DNA of 62,208 nucleotides, filler included, from Asterionella formosa (Eukaryota), in NCBI GenBank assembly GCA_002256025.1. It is 16 parts of 16 records of this genome, joined end to end, with 100 filler letters (N's around TTAATTAATTAA, not from the genome) between each part and the next. Parts side by side here need not be neighbours in the genome. Positions count along the whole stretch, not along the records: positions 46,796 to 50,576 come from NKIB01013908.1; positions 50,677 to 54,457 come from NKIB01013909.1; positions 54,558 to 58,334 come from NKIB01013910.1; positions 58,435 to 62,208 come from NKIB01013911.1; 12 more parts are not named here. The stretch is one strand, 5' to 3'. Position numbers and translations under genes: made by a program. Shown here piece by piece: positions 47,347 through 59,315 of the stretch (its first letter is position 1; each line of letters begins with the position of its first letter). Under the pieces are notes generated by a model that ran no database searches, was not told where the DNA came from, and saw only the letters and a program-made list of their open reading frames with translations.

Positions 47347-47498
47347 TTTGGCAGATATATCACAATGTCTTTGATTTGGCAGATGAATTAAACCTTACCC
47401 GGTAGTCAAATCGGGAAATGACCCCATGACCCAAAGTATTCGACTAAAGGTTGCTTACTTTACCTGCCAAATCAAAACATTTTGCTATATCTGCCAAA
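47347..47498. mobile_element. MITE-like foldback element (family D), ~50-bp arms
   Basis: Left arm tttggcagatatatcacaatgtctttgatttggcagatgaattaaacctt; reverse complement of right arm tttggcagatatagcaaaatgttttgatttggcaggtaaagtaagcaacctt. Confidence 0.7.
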
Positions 47499-48141
47499 AT
47501 AATCATATTATGAAAGGGTGGATTCATTCATGCACCTGTATGTGAAATATGGAATTGATCAAATACACACAAGGAGCAGTGCATCATATATGCCTCATTA
47601 TTTTAATTCCTATGAAATCTCTTGATCGCTTCAGCACTTTTTGGTGGTCAATAGGCCAAAGTGTCTTACGTCTTTTCATGAACATCTACAAAGTAGTGCT
47701 TTTGTCGAGTTTTGTGTCTAAACCAACTACTGCCATCCATTGAACTTTTCCAGATACATCAAAGAATACGCTCCTGTCATCAAAGGCAAGGAACTAGTAT
47801 GATGACAAAGGAAATCTGATAAGACATGAAAATCACGAAAGCAGAATCACTCTTTACTATACATAAACAGTGTGTCTCTTGCTTCTTTGTGCATATCGCC
47901 TGCTATGCTGCGTTTCAATTCTAAATATATCATGTTGTTGTTATAGAGACAATATAACATACTAGAAGTAGATTGTCCTTTTCTATAATGGATGCTATTT
48001 AGCTATGATTGAGGTTGTAACACTGATTGATGCTCCAGTGACAGACCGGAAATATTTTGTGTTGTGTGATGAGCCATTTCGTTTTTATTGGATTTCTTTT
48101 CAAGTTCTTAACGGATTGCATATGAACATACTAATGTGCAC

Positions 48142-48335
48142 TGCCTGTAGATGATGATTAATCAAAGCACATGATGACTTATTAAATAATTAGATGATAT
48201 AGTGAAAAATTATGATCAGATGATAATAATCCTATGATGCCTGTTGATGATGATTAATCAAAGACACATGATGACTTAATAAATCATTAGATGATTTAAT
48301 GAAAAATTATGATCAGATGATAATAATCCTATGAT
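48142..48335. repeat. ~96-bp AT-rich tandem duplication
   Basis: tgcctgt(a/t)gatgatgattaatcaaag...gaaaaattatgatcagatgataataatcctatga x2. Confidence 0.85.
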
Positions 48336-48344
48336 GGTTTTTAT

Positions 48345-49590
48345 TTGCAGACAAGCGACGGTGCCAGGGGACGTGGTGGTTGTAACAATGCAGCAGGGAC
48401 ACCAGGTAGAGGATGTGGACATGACCAAGGAAATGATTATAACGCTCAAGAAGTGTTGGATTCCTTAACCCCACAACAAAGACAATACATGCTGCAAGGT
48501 CGAAATGCCATCCAACAAGCCAACATAACCAATCCCGGTATGGCAACAACTACGCACACAGCTGGTGCAAGAAGTACAACTGATACAACAGCTGACAATG
48601 CATCCAGCATGGTCAGCGGCATTTCACAAAATACCCTTTTATCAGGGTTACCTCGTCATCGTAACATGCCATGAGCAGCACAGCTTTTGGTCATCGCAAC
48701 AATACAATGGGTGCCATCATCATGTCCAGCAATCGCCACATTGGTAAAATCACGGTTACATTGGCCAGGCGATATAGAACTGAAATTGATACTTGACCTG
48801 ATACTGTTTGTGCAGGCCAAGGGTTTGCTCTCATACATCACACAGGTTGCATTACCAGCAGTGCTAGCGGCTTTCACAGTGATCTTGGCGCAATAACTGG
48901 TATTCCCATCGCACAAATTTCAACAGCATCAGCATACTATGACACGGCTGAACATTAAACTTTCATAGCTACTTGTATTAAATGAAGCCCTCTATTTTGG
49001 AAAAACAATGGAGACATCCCTGATTCCAACACAACAGGTGTGTGACAATGGCTTGGTTTGTGATCCACTACCTCGTCACTTTTTGCGTCATTCAATCATC
49101 CATGGAATGGAAGACCCATCGTCATCTGGGCTCATAATTCCTTTTCAACTGCATGGATGTATATCGTAGTTTCCAGTCACCAGACTACCCACAGAAGATG
49201 AATTGAAACACTGCTGCTGGATAGAAATGATGAGCCAACAACAATGGAATCCGTGTGATTGCCGTTTTATTGAGCAGGAGCGCCCCCACTTACCTCATCC
49301 TCACCGCATTAAAATGGTGTCTGTAACACCTACTACTCAATCAGATGAGTTCCCAACTGACATCCCACATGACTTTCTACAAAATCGATTCATCGCCAAC
49401 ACGTCTAGCACTAGTATGGACCGCTGATCACAAATCGACCACATTACTCTTGCTCGACGTTGGGGCGGGGGATCAGTGAGTCTTTGGCCAAGAACGCTTT
49501 GGCTGGATAAAACTACACAAAGAGGATGCGCTATGTTGATGACCGGCTCGCTTGCCGCTTCCGCACAAGACAGGCAAATTTCAGTTAGCT
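48345..49590 (+). mobile_element. Degenerate Ty1/Copia (CoDi-type) gag end, protease and pre-integrase remnant
   Basis: RG-rich gag end with LTPQQRQ; across frames IPIA...A.Y, VLNEALYFG, SLIP, IPFQLHGCIS.FP..RLPTEDEL..C..IEM....WNP, LARRWG, TTQRG, RFRTRQ. Confidence 0.7.
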
Positions 49591-49794
49591 AACCCCATCT
49601 ATGTTCTGGCGTATTCACTGACACATTGTTCAATGAAATCACCAGCATCCATGATAATAAATGAGCACAATTGCTTGTTTGTCCCAGCTACCCTCTCACA
49701 AGTAAACGACAAGCATTTAACAAACTTGACCTCTACGTCTGTGAATAGATTTTCCATTAGATCTAACGTTTTACTCAGCATACGTTAAAAAACT

Positions 49795-50165
49795 GATTGA
49801 TTATTCAAATATTTTGACATGTTGATGATAGTTTTGATATATCAACGGTCGTGTCTGTATGATCAATCAAATTTGTACATTAGCTTAGTAACATACACAC
49901 GTTAGTAGGTTATCCGTATATAAGAACTCGTATATATATGTTACCAAATCTAATCGTCAACCCAAATTGTTGATATATTTATTGATCAAATGTTGTGTTA
50001 TGTTGATGATAATTTTGATAGATCAAAGACCGTGTCGGTGTGGTCAATCAAACTTGTTCGTCAGATTATTTACTTACACACCTCAGGTTACGCATAGATA
50101 GAAGTCATATATATTAGTTATCAAAACTAATATGCCAAGAACCAAATGCTTTTATATATTGATAC
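49795..50165. repeat. Diverged ~180-bp AT-rich tandem repeat (~2 copies)
   Basis: atgttgatgata(g/a)ttttgata...cgtgtc.gt.tg.tcaatcaaa.ttgt...tacacac...aggtta at ~49820 and ~50000. Confidence 0.6.
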
Positions 50166-51869
50166 GTTGTTTGATTGACCAATAGCTGTTGCTCTTTGAT
50201 CAATTATTGTTTTATCGAAGGTCATGACTTTACACAGATCACCTTACATGTATGTAAACCTTGTACCCAATGATGCTATCAGAATGAATTCTGTGCAACA
50301 ACGGTGTGTTCCTTGTTGCCATTCTGATTTGAATGCTCTACCGGTACATGCTTTGATCCAATTCTTGTACCGGTAGTACTATTTGTCATTCTTATCTCTC
50401 CATTTGCATATCTTTTGGTGCTGGTATTGATACAGAAGATAAGAGGAACAAGCTTCTGTGCACCATTACGGCCACATTTGAGAAGCATCGCCAGAATTGG
50501 GAAACTTTTTTCCTGAAGAGCCGATGGAATTCGTCATACCTGTCATTCCAAAAAAAATTACCGATGTCGTGTATTTNNNNNNNNNNNNNNNNNNNNNNNN
50601 NNNNNNNNNNNNNNNNNNNNTTAATTAATTAANNNNNNNNNNNNNNNNNNNNNNNNNNNNNNNNNNNNNNNNNNNNCTTGAAATTTGCCCTCTACTTTTG
50701 CCAAAGCTTGAACATTTCCAAGAATCCGGAAGAGGCAGATGGAACGAAGGCATTCAGTTCATCCCAGTCTATTATAATGACACTATTACTTCTTCGAGAA
50801 GAGCTTGAATCGCTTTCTTGCCTCTGTCACTTGCAGTTCCAATAAATCTGGCAGCGGGCGACGATGTGGCAGTAATATCGCAAGCCAATGCAAACTAACT
50901 TTTCGTCACTGTTACATGGTGCCGACTTGACTTCTTCTTTGCCGACTCGGATCAAACAAATATGACAATCAGCTGCAATCAACAAGATGTAACCATGTTT
51001 GCTAACGCCCAAAATATTCCAGTCTTTGGCAACACAGTGTGAGAACTTGGGAACAAGCAACAGTTGGCAAAGTCTCGTTCTTGTCGCAATCCTTGGACAC
51101 TTTCTTAATCAAGAAGAAGCGACCTAGCAACCATTTTATGTCAAGAGAAGGTCAACTGTCAAGGACCTGAAGGACTGCGCTACACACATGGATTGTTAGG
51201 CAAGAAATCTTATTTAATGTGATGATTGTATATTATGAAGCTGCTGGCATCAGCCATTCAAAGCTAGTTCATTTTTTGTCTACATCACTGACAAGGAGTA
51301 CGGTATATGTATTGAAATTATGTAATTATGTATGCTCTCATTAAACCATAAACATTAGGTTGCCGGTGCAAGCCACAATCTAAACCAATAGAAATGGTCC
51401 TTTTATTTGGCTATGGTTGGAGTCTAATCAACCAAATACCTGATATTTGCTTGATAAGGGGGTCATCTTTGACCAAGACTAAAGCATATTTTGTCTTGGT
51501 TGATGCAGTGGCTAAATTATTTTTGCTTTTTTCGACCAACACAACAATGCATCATGATGTGTAATGACCTGCTGCTTCAATTGGCTTGGTATTTGGTTGA
51601 TGCAGTGGCGATGCTCTAATTCAGTCTTGGCAGCGGTGTACATTGGGGGGGGAAGGGGGGGAAGGACAATGAAGTTTATGGTATGTGCAATTTTGATTGA
51701 TATCATTTTATGTTACAATCATTCTCATTTGTTCGATGCTTGTTTTACCATCATCATGTTCTCATAACTGTCATGCTAAAAAACTGCAATTTGCTTTAAT
51801 GCATGCTGCCGAAAATTCTATGTGGCTCATATTGCCCCTACATGAGAATTACTTAACAACTTACTTAAA

Positions 51870-52065
51870 GCCTAAATATTACTTAGATCTATCCGAAAAG
51901 CAAGCAGACGACACAGCTGGAGCGGGAATCCCCATAATTATTTGCATATGCACGCACTTAACAAATTACTTATAGACTAAATATTACATTGATGTGACGG
52001 ATGAAAACCAATCAGACGATACAGCTGGAGCGGGAATCGCTACTATTTTTTACACATTTACGCAC
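51870..52065. repeat. Diverged ~107-bp tandem duplication
   Basis: ctaaatattac...cagacga(c/t)acagctggagcgggaatc occurs twice (core at ~51905 and ~52013). Confidence 0.6.
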
Positions 52066-52111
52066 CAGCAACTGCGAGGGCTGATGCACACTTTTGCCAC
52101 TTAAAACCACT

Positions 52112-52194
52112 GGAAGTAGCGGTAGAAGACGGTTTTTACTAGAGGCAGAATTAAGCTAAACTTCTCCAATACTATACTACTTGCCGCAAACTTG
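52112..52194 (+). mobile_element. MITE family B copy
   Basis: ggaagtagcggtagaagacggtttttact...gctaaacttctc...gccgcaaacttg; homologous to 19051-19115. Confidence 0.5.
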
Positions 52195-52499
52195 ATGGTA
52201 CCGGTAGTACTGGTATTTGTTTGCTTTCCAAGCATCTGCTTGGAGTCAAGCACCGGCACTCAGTACCGGTTTCAAATTATACACTGTCACTACACGAAGT
52301 TCGACGGTCCGTTGTTGGTCATGGCTACAGGTAACCAGCAAGGCAGCTGAAAAGGAGAATGCCAGGGATTCACATGCGTCCATCACAATCACTACATACG
52401 GTAAATCATTTTAAGAATTTCATAAAAATAACAAAAAGTACTTTTTCCCCTTGAGCATTCTCCTCCTTTCAATCTAAACTACTAGGGGTCGACAACAAA

Positions 52500-53408
52500 A
52501 TGCTGCGTAATTCGTTCGTAGACGATCGTCATGATCTTATAAGAGATCATCACGTAACGGATGAGAACACTTCCGACCTCTTTCATGTAAACTATAAGAA
52601 CACCTCCGACCACGTTGATCGCCAACTTCTCCATCCTAAATTAATTCAACAGGACGAAGCCAAAAAGAGTGCGTTTATCGGCTGGGCCATGCTGCCCCGC
52701 CTCTTTGAGATTTGGGACTTCGATGGCAGCGGGTACATTGACCGTAGTGAACTTCTTTTCGGTGTCAACGAATATTGCACCTTAAAGAACATCACTTACG
52801 ACAAAGAAATAATTTTCGCCACAATGGACCAAGTCGATGCAAACCTCGATCATCAATTAGACTTTCACGAGTTCTCTCTCTTTCTGCACAGATTTGTAGA
52901 ACTCGTTGATACTCACTTGGATGATCTAACTTACTTTATGTTGGAAATTCTAGATGCAAGGCGATCCGCTGGAAAATTGCCTTGCAAACCGGCAGTAACG
53001 AACAATTATTTCTCGCTTGTACAAAAACTTCAAAAAGCGTTCAGAGTTTCAAAAAGCAATGCTGAGGCCAGTTCATTAACAGCTGAAATTTCGACCGATG
53101 ATAGAAGTCTTGTCCTTGCCGACATCCCGATGTTAGAAGACTTTCAACCTGTGCGTTTAACCAATTTCTTGTGTAACTTTTTGAAAATGTGATATATTGC
53201 AATTGACCGTCTTATGCTTCATCGACTCACTTTATTTATGCTTCTTATATAGAAAATTCGAGAAAAACGATTAAGGAAACTCAAGATGATCATCAAGATG
53301 AAGATGCCTGTGAAAGCAGAAGTATCACCACAATGTGCGGTTGAATTATTTGCAGAGCCCGAGAAATGTCACGTCATGGATAATGATTCTGTTTTCCCCT
53401 TACTCTAG
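52500..53408 (+). CDS. EF-hand calcium-binding protein, probably 2 exons
   Basis: Two EF loops (FEIWDFDGSGYIDRSEL; DANLDHQLDFHEF). Probable intron 53151-53252 (GTGCGT...branch CTCAC...TATAG, phase 0) adds KIREKRLRKLK...FPLL*. The unspliced ORF ends at 53192. Confidence 0.7.
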
Positions 53409-54180
53409 AAAAAGTAAAACCGAACCTTTTGCATTCTTTCTGTTGTTTGCAACTTTGCCGCTTCATGTTTTCAAAAACTATTTAAAGATTCACAAATTTT
53501 TACGACATTACTGAGACTGCCGAGAAAATACAACACTTTCAATACTCTCCCTGCCTCGAACTCCTACCTTTCATGCATTGCGTTTTGGGACTAGAGTAAA
53601 AGTAGTACAACGAAGCTCATGCATGCCCTTCCTTAGATATTCATGGCTTCGTCGTTTGTGGGTCGCTCAAGGCAATGTTAAAGAAAGGATGAACAAGTCG
53701 GACGGACCCTTCTCGTTTGGGATAGTTGTCGATTAGATGATGTCGAACGCTTCGTGGAACTTGTTTAATAATTATTCGCAACCCTAGCTGGATCATAAAT
53801 GCTGTCTTAAAAATGAGACATTATCGGCAATCGATATGTGTCGATACAAAACAACATCAACTGACTGTGCGCACAAGAATTAAGTATTTCGTCACCTTTC
53901 AAGAAATTTGGATCCGACCAACGATAAACTGAAAACGGTATTTTTGTAGTCTGGAATCTGTTGTTTCGTGTTTTCTTGTAAAATGCTGATCCTGTCTAAG
54001 ATCGCCGGACAAAACGCTTGCGCGATAGATACGCATATTTTCTAAAAGTGCAAAACTCTGGAGTTAAAAAGGATTTTACAAACACAACGGCAACAGAAAA
54101 AAAAGTACTCTGTTTCAAGTCAGGCCAGATAGATTATATGTTGCTATTCTCATATCCTGGGATCGCTCATTATAGCATCC

Positions 54181-54457
54181 CTAGATGCTATCCAAAATAT
54201 CGTTCAGAGTTTTCGATGGATTCATGGCTGCGTGAGCCTTCTCAGCATCAAACAAATAGTATCCACCGAGGTCAACCGGCTCGCCTTGGCAAGCCTTGAA
54301 TTCCTCAACTATCGCAGCTCGGCCTTCGCCGAGCTTTGAAAAGATTGGCTGAAAAGTTGCATCTTGTTGAGCCAAGGCTTCGGCCCAATATAAAGCAATG
54401 TAAAAGTTTGTTGCTCGATTGTCAATTTGATTCACGACACGCGACGGGGACTTTCTG
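54181..54457 (-). CDS. idh: Monomeric NADP-dependent isocitrate dehydrogenase, C-terminal fragment
   Basis: RKSPSRVVNQIDNRATNFYIALYWAEALAQQ...IVEE...QG.PVDLGGYY..D..KA..AMNPS.TLN matches the C-terminus of monomeric IDH. Confidence 0.88.
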
Positions 54458-54557
54458 NNNNNNNNNNNNNNNNNNNNNNNNNNNNNNNNNNNNNNNNNNN
54501 NTTAATTAATTAANNNNNNNNNNNNNNNNNNNNNNNNNNNNNNNNNNNNNNNNNNNN

Positions 54558-55686
54558 CAGTAGGAGTAGTTGCTACATTGAGGTTGCACTCCTTGGCGGA
54601 ATGCATTGTCCACGATGCATGGTTGGTGCACCAATGATACTCCTTGGTGTCCACTGTCTTGGTCTTCGCGTCATTCTCCTTTGGCGGCACCAATTTCCAG
54701 GCCCATTTCTTAGCCAGTTTAGCCTTGCGAGCACGTTCCTTTTTGTCATTCTTGTTGTCCTTGTTCACAGGCTTGTTGGTCTTGAAATATTCCAGTTTCG
54801 CCGTGAGTGCGACAATCTGTGCCTCCAGCTTAGCATCTTTAGCAGATGGTAAATTCCACTTCTTAGACTCCACGAGCATCTTATATTTATTTAGGGCCAG
54901 GTCCATCAGCGAATCCACATCAAAATCCACCCGTCCATCGTGATACTGATCCTGCTGACCAATCATGTAATCATGGAACACTTTATCCTCCACAGCCTCG
55001 TATGCTGTAAACAGATTTGTCAGTAGGTCAGAAGAAGTTTCCCCACGAGACATAAGTGCGTCACGTTGCACACGGACATGGAGGTTAAACTTCTCAATGT
55101 TGCAGTCCACCGATAACATGTATTCATCCAACACGCTGAGGGTACGGCGAATAGTAGCCACCGTGGATCGTGTATCGACCGTGCATCTCGTAATGAGAAG
55201 TTTCAAGAATGCAGCACCACTTGCCACCACGTGTGTAGGGGCTGTGGGTGACGTAAGACGATAGGCAGATGAGTCTGTAGAAACCTTGAGCAAGGCCTCC
55301 ATTGAAAGTGAATCGTAAATTCACGTAAACAACTGCGCACTGTTCTGTGCGTCACGCGTCTGGGAATGAACATGTGTGGCTGCGTGAGCAACCACATTTG
55401 CCATGGTGACCCTTCCATATTCGGTGATTAGGTTTCGCCCAACGATGTGGTCATCAGGGACCGTGAGGATGGAGGCCCATCCAAATGCGTCGGCTCGTTG
55501 CTGCAAGGCTTGAAGGAAAAGGCGGAGGCCTCCAGTTTCACCATCGAAGGGATGATTGAGTTTTTCGGTTGCAGACTTGTACAATTTCATCCCTTCATTT
55601 GAGTTGTAATCAACGGGATCAGGATTTGCGAGAGCTGGGGTTAGAGCAAAGACGAAAGCCGCATGGGCGTTGGGAGCTTGAGCCAT
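54558..55686 (-). mobile_element. CoDi-type Copia gag, one in-frame TGA at 55323-55321, 3' truncated
   Basis: FALTPA...DY...EGMKLYK.AT..L...FDG, RA..FGW, NLITEYG, R.AQNS.QLF, FLKLLI...VDTRST, DLLTNLF.AY, WAWKL.PP...KEYHWC..H..WT.H...EC. ORFs 55321-55803 and 54502-55302 share a frame. Confidence 0.8.
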
Positions 55687-55919
55687 GTTAGGTTCTAGAC
55701 CACGAAGTCGAGAGGATCGACGAAGAATGATAGACGATAGTCTACAATACGACGGTTGTCGTGTTGCGCTGGGGAAGCGTGAGGGAAACCAGCAAATATT
55801 CAAACGAATAAATGCAGTTTGACAATAACCAAAGTAAGATGCAAATCAATAACAGATTAGTCTAGTTTCAATTATATGTCTCATAATCATTGGGCATCGT
55901 CTGCAAAAACGCGCTAGCC

Positions 55920-56283
55920 TGTCTAACATGCACCATACAGCAGCAAGACGAGAAGACCCTCATCATTCAGATATACCTGAATGTGGACTGAACACATCGC
56001 TCAAAAACCCTTATTATGCCAATAGAAGAATCGCTACAACGCAGCATGACTCGCCATCAACCAACTGCCAAAAGAGACCCAACCACATCCGCTTGGACCC
56101 AATCCGGCAGCAAGTTACAAATCGAATCGTCAATGCAAAAATGAAGGGGGGACCCGGAAACCCATCAGATACTTTAATACCACAGCCTCACCATCACACG
56201 TACGTCAAACATTTGAATACCCAATGGCACTGCACCCCTGGCACCAGGGAGCAAGGGCACATGAGAAATGCATAATTCTCACA
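55920..56283 (-). mobile_element. Probable 5' LTR of the minus-strand Copia element
   Basis: Begins TGTGAGAATT on the minus strand at 56283, exactly where the plus-strand gag homology starts. The 3' boundary (...AGACA near 55920) is uncertain. Confidence 0.45.
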
Positions 56284-58334
56284 GAATCGCCTTCGGACTT
56301 GTAAACCAAGCCAAAACGAAAACGTTGATCGATGGCGATGCATACATGGCGTGGAAGAACCTCGAAGCGAGGTATGCCCCCCATTCTGTGTCGGACCTGA
56401 TCCAGCTGGCAAGCGATTTCAACAAATGCAAGCTGAACGATAGCTCCTCTGATCCAGATGAATGGTTCATTGAGCTCGATCTAATACAAAGCAAGATGAT
56501 GGCGATCGACCCGTCATTTGAGAAGAAAGAAATGGAATTGATTGCGAATGTAATCGACAAGCTTCCAGTGGAGTACAGCGAGGTTGTTACAGTCGTCGAG
56601 GGCATGACAACAATCAGCCTCAACGAATTGAAAGGAAAGATCCGAGCATTCTACAAACGAAAGCTAAAGGGCACGAAGAGCACAAAGGAGATCGCCCTAT
56701 TCACGCAGAAATACAGAGGTATCTGCAAGAACTGCGGCAAACAAGGGCACAAGGCCGACGTGTGCCGATCGAAAACGAACACAAGCGGAACGAATGCAAA
56801 CGGTACGAACGAAAAAAATGAGATAAAGTGCTATAATTGCAATAAATATGTCGGGCATATTGCAAGAGACTGCCCGGAACCAAAACGCGCACCACGCGGC
56901 GAGAAGAAAAAAGAAACCGGAATGTAAGTCGGAATGTGCGAGGAGATTACTGATATGGAGGCGACGGACGATATCCCCGGTACCATGGACGTGACGCAGA
57001 AAGCTACCGAGACTCCTACTGAAGCACTCCTACGCATGTGTTTCGTCGGGGCTACCACGCACATCACTATGACTGACGAATACATGACAAACGTCGAAAA
57101 TGTCAACGTCTCGGTCATTGTCGGTGACGGTAAAGAGATGGTATGCACGAAACGAGGTGATATTCTGATTACCAACAAGACGTGCTCCATGTTACTACGC
57201 AAGGTACTCTACACTCCACACTTCCACAAGAATATCGTCAGCATCGGGCAATTTGTCAAGAACGGAGGGTGCGAGGCACGCATGAAGGGGTCTGAGTTGA
57301 GTCTACATAAGGAAGGGTACGACAACGAACTAACCTTTTCTTGTGAGGATCAAGGCGTCCTTTACTACTTCTAGGGAAAACGTACCACAGCGAAGCATCC
57401 CTTCGCGCAACGCTAAAGTCCCTCGGTATTGAACCTACGGGCAAGATTCAGTCGTGTGAAGGCTGCGCACTAGCTAAGGCAAAGGCCAAAGCGGTACCTA
57501 AAGTCACGACCCTCAAGTCCTCTACTCCTGCTGAACGATTGTATGTGGACATTTCAGGTCCCTACAAGAAATCTCTAATTGGAAGCAACTACTGGATTCT
57601 ATTCGTGGATCAGTACACAGGCAAGGCATGGAGTTATTTTGTTAACAAGAAAAGTCTTTTGGCGAGCATCGCGGATGCCCTATTGACCACACTCAACTCA
57701 GCGGGCTATGTCGTACGCTTCCTACGCTGCGACAATCCCGCTGAAAACATGACCAGTCTAAGTATCGTCTGCACCACGCAGGGTATTCAGATTGAGTATA
57801 CTGCCCCCCATACTCCTCAACAGAACGGAGTCGTGGAACGAAAATTTGTGACGATACGAGACCGAGCATGTGCCTCCATGTTCAGTGCAAAACTGTCAGA
57901 CGAATACCAGGGGCTACTGTGGGCCGAGAGTGTCCACATGCACACGCGACTAACGAACTCTGTCGCTAACTCGAATACGGGAAAATGCCCCGATTGGCTT
58001 TTCTACGGCTTTCAGCCTAAGATTTATCCTCACCAGATTCAGTTTGGCAGGGTGGGGTGGGCTATGATTCGGACGCCAAGGCAGAAACTGACCCCAAAAA
58101 GTGTCAAATGTGTCATGCTTGGATACAGCCATGACCACGCCAGTGATACCTACCGCATGTACAACTTTACAACGAAAAAGGTCTTTAACACAAGAGACCT
58201 TAAATGGGCCGACTGGCATGGAAATGCCAAACCCACAGCGGACATGGACGAATTCACCACAGACGGATCCGGTATAGACGAGGAATTCGACACTCCTACT
58301 AAACCTACCAACGCAATGCCTCCTGACGAGCAAG
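56284..58334 (+). mobile_element. Second Ty1/Copia element: 5'-truncated gag (two Zn knuckles), protease remnant, GAG-pre-integrase, integrase
   Basis: AWKNLEARY, DPDEWF.EL, KLP.EYS, CKNCGKQGHKADVC, CYNCNKYVGHIARDC, GATTHIT, CEGCALAKAK, YVDISGP, VDQYTG..W..F, LRCDN, EYTAPHTPQQNGVVERK, LWAE, CVMLGY. Stops at 56927 and 57374. Confidence 0.9.
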
Positions 58335-58532
58335 NNNNNNNNNNNNNNNNNNNNNNNNNNNNNNNNNNNNNNNNNNNNTTAATTAATTAANNNNNNNNNN
58401 NNNNNNNNNNNNNNNNNNNNNNNNNNNNNNNNNNGTCATCGTCTCATTTATAATATATCCAAACAAAAACGCACATTAGATTGACCAGCCACCTGCCTAC
58501 CCCTCTACTCGTTTCGTCCTGTCCACATCAAC

Positions 58533-59198
58533 ATGGACATTGATTTCAGCACGGATCCATCCATATCCTTGTCAGCGCAAGTAGCAACACACACAGCTGC
58601 CTCTCCACTGGGTCTCATTGTCCCTGGTGGTCCTGTCCGAACAGACTTTCAGCAAACAGATGCAACAAAATGGACATTGCAATTACGAGCACCTGGTGAT
58701 TTACCCGTGCCTCTCTCTCTCGTATCTGATGTTTGTTGTTTCTTATTACCCACAACAACCACCACCATTATTCCACCAACACATGGATTGTTATTGTATT
58801 GGCAAGTCACAACATCCACCACATCTTCGGGATTTTCTCTGTTAGGATCACTTACCTATGATTGTCCTTCTGGAATTTTTCGTACAACATGGTCTGAGTA
58901 TAATGACATTAACACCACCACCAACAGCAACAACAGCATCACTGTGGTTACATTGGGAATTTCCATGGAACCATTACAAAACATACAAAATATTGCCAAT
59001 CCAAAAGAACAGTGGGAATCAAGATTGTTCATGGCCCAAAAAATTGGAACAGACTTGTACCAATATATGCAATCCTTTGATACATCACGACAACAGGGAC
59101 AAATGGTTGTCCCTACAACTATATTCGAACGATGGATGACACGATTTACAAGTCGCTTGCGGAGGGATCCTAATTTTTTTATGAAGAATCAAGAATAA
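58533..59198 (+). CDS. HIKESHI: Hikeshi/OPI10 (DUF775) Hsp70 nuclear import carrier
   Basis: GLIVPGGPVRTDF, CFLLP, LLG.L....PSGIFRT.W, LGISMEPL, A.KIG.DLY.YMQSFD, VVP..IFERWM.RF......DPNF. Confidence 0.85.
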   Translation: MDIDFSTDPSISLSAQVATHTAASPLGLIVPGGPVRTDFQQTDATKWTLQLRAPGDLPVPLSLVSDVCCFLLPTTTTTIIPPTHGLLLYWQVTTSTTSSGFSLLGSLTYDCPSGIFRTTWSEYNDINTTTNSNNSITVVTLGISMEPLQNIQNIANPKEQWESRLFMAQKIGTDLYQYMQSFDTSRQQGQMVVPTTIFERWMTRFTSRLRRDPNFFMKNQE

Positions 59199-59315
59199 TG
59201 TTATAATTAACAGACACTACCGGTACTAACATGTAGATCAAAGTGATGTTCACTATTTTAAGAATGTAAAAATGTGTACGATAGTCGAGCTTTAATGATA
59301 CTAAAGAACTCTCCA

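Noticed and set aside
55321..55323. In-frame TGA in gag at a likely Cys position as selenocysteine or programmed readthrough
   Set aside because: A single TGY-to-TGA mutation in a transposon copy is simpler; no SECIS seen and it is not at the gag-pol junction.
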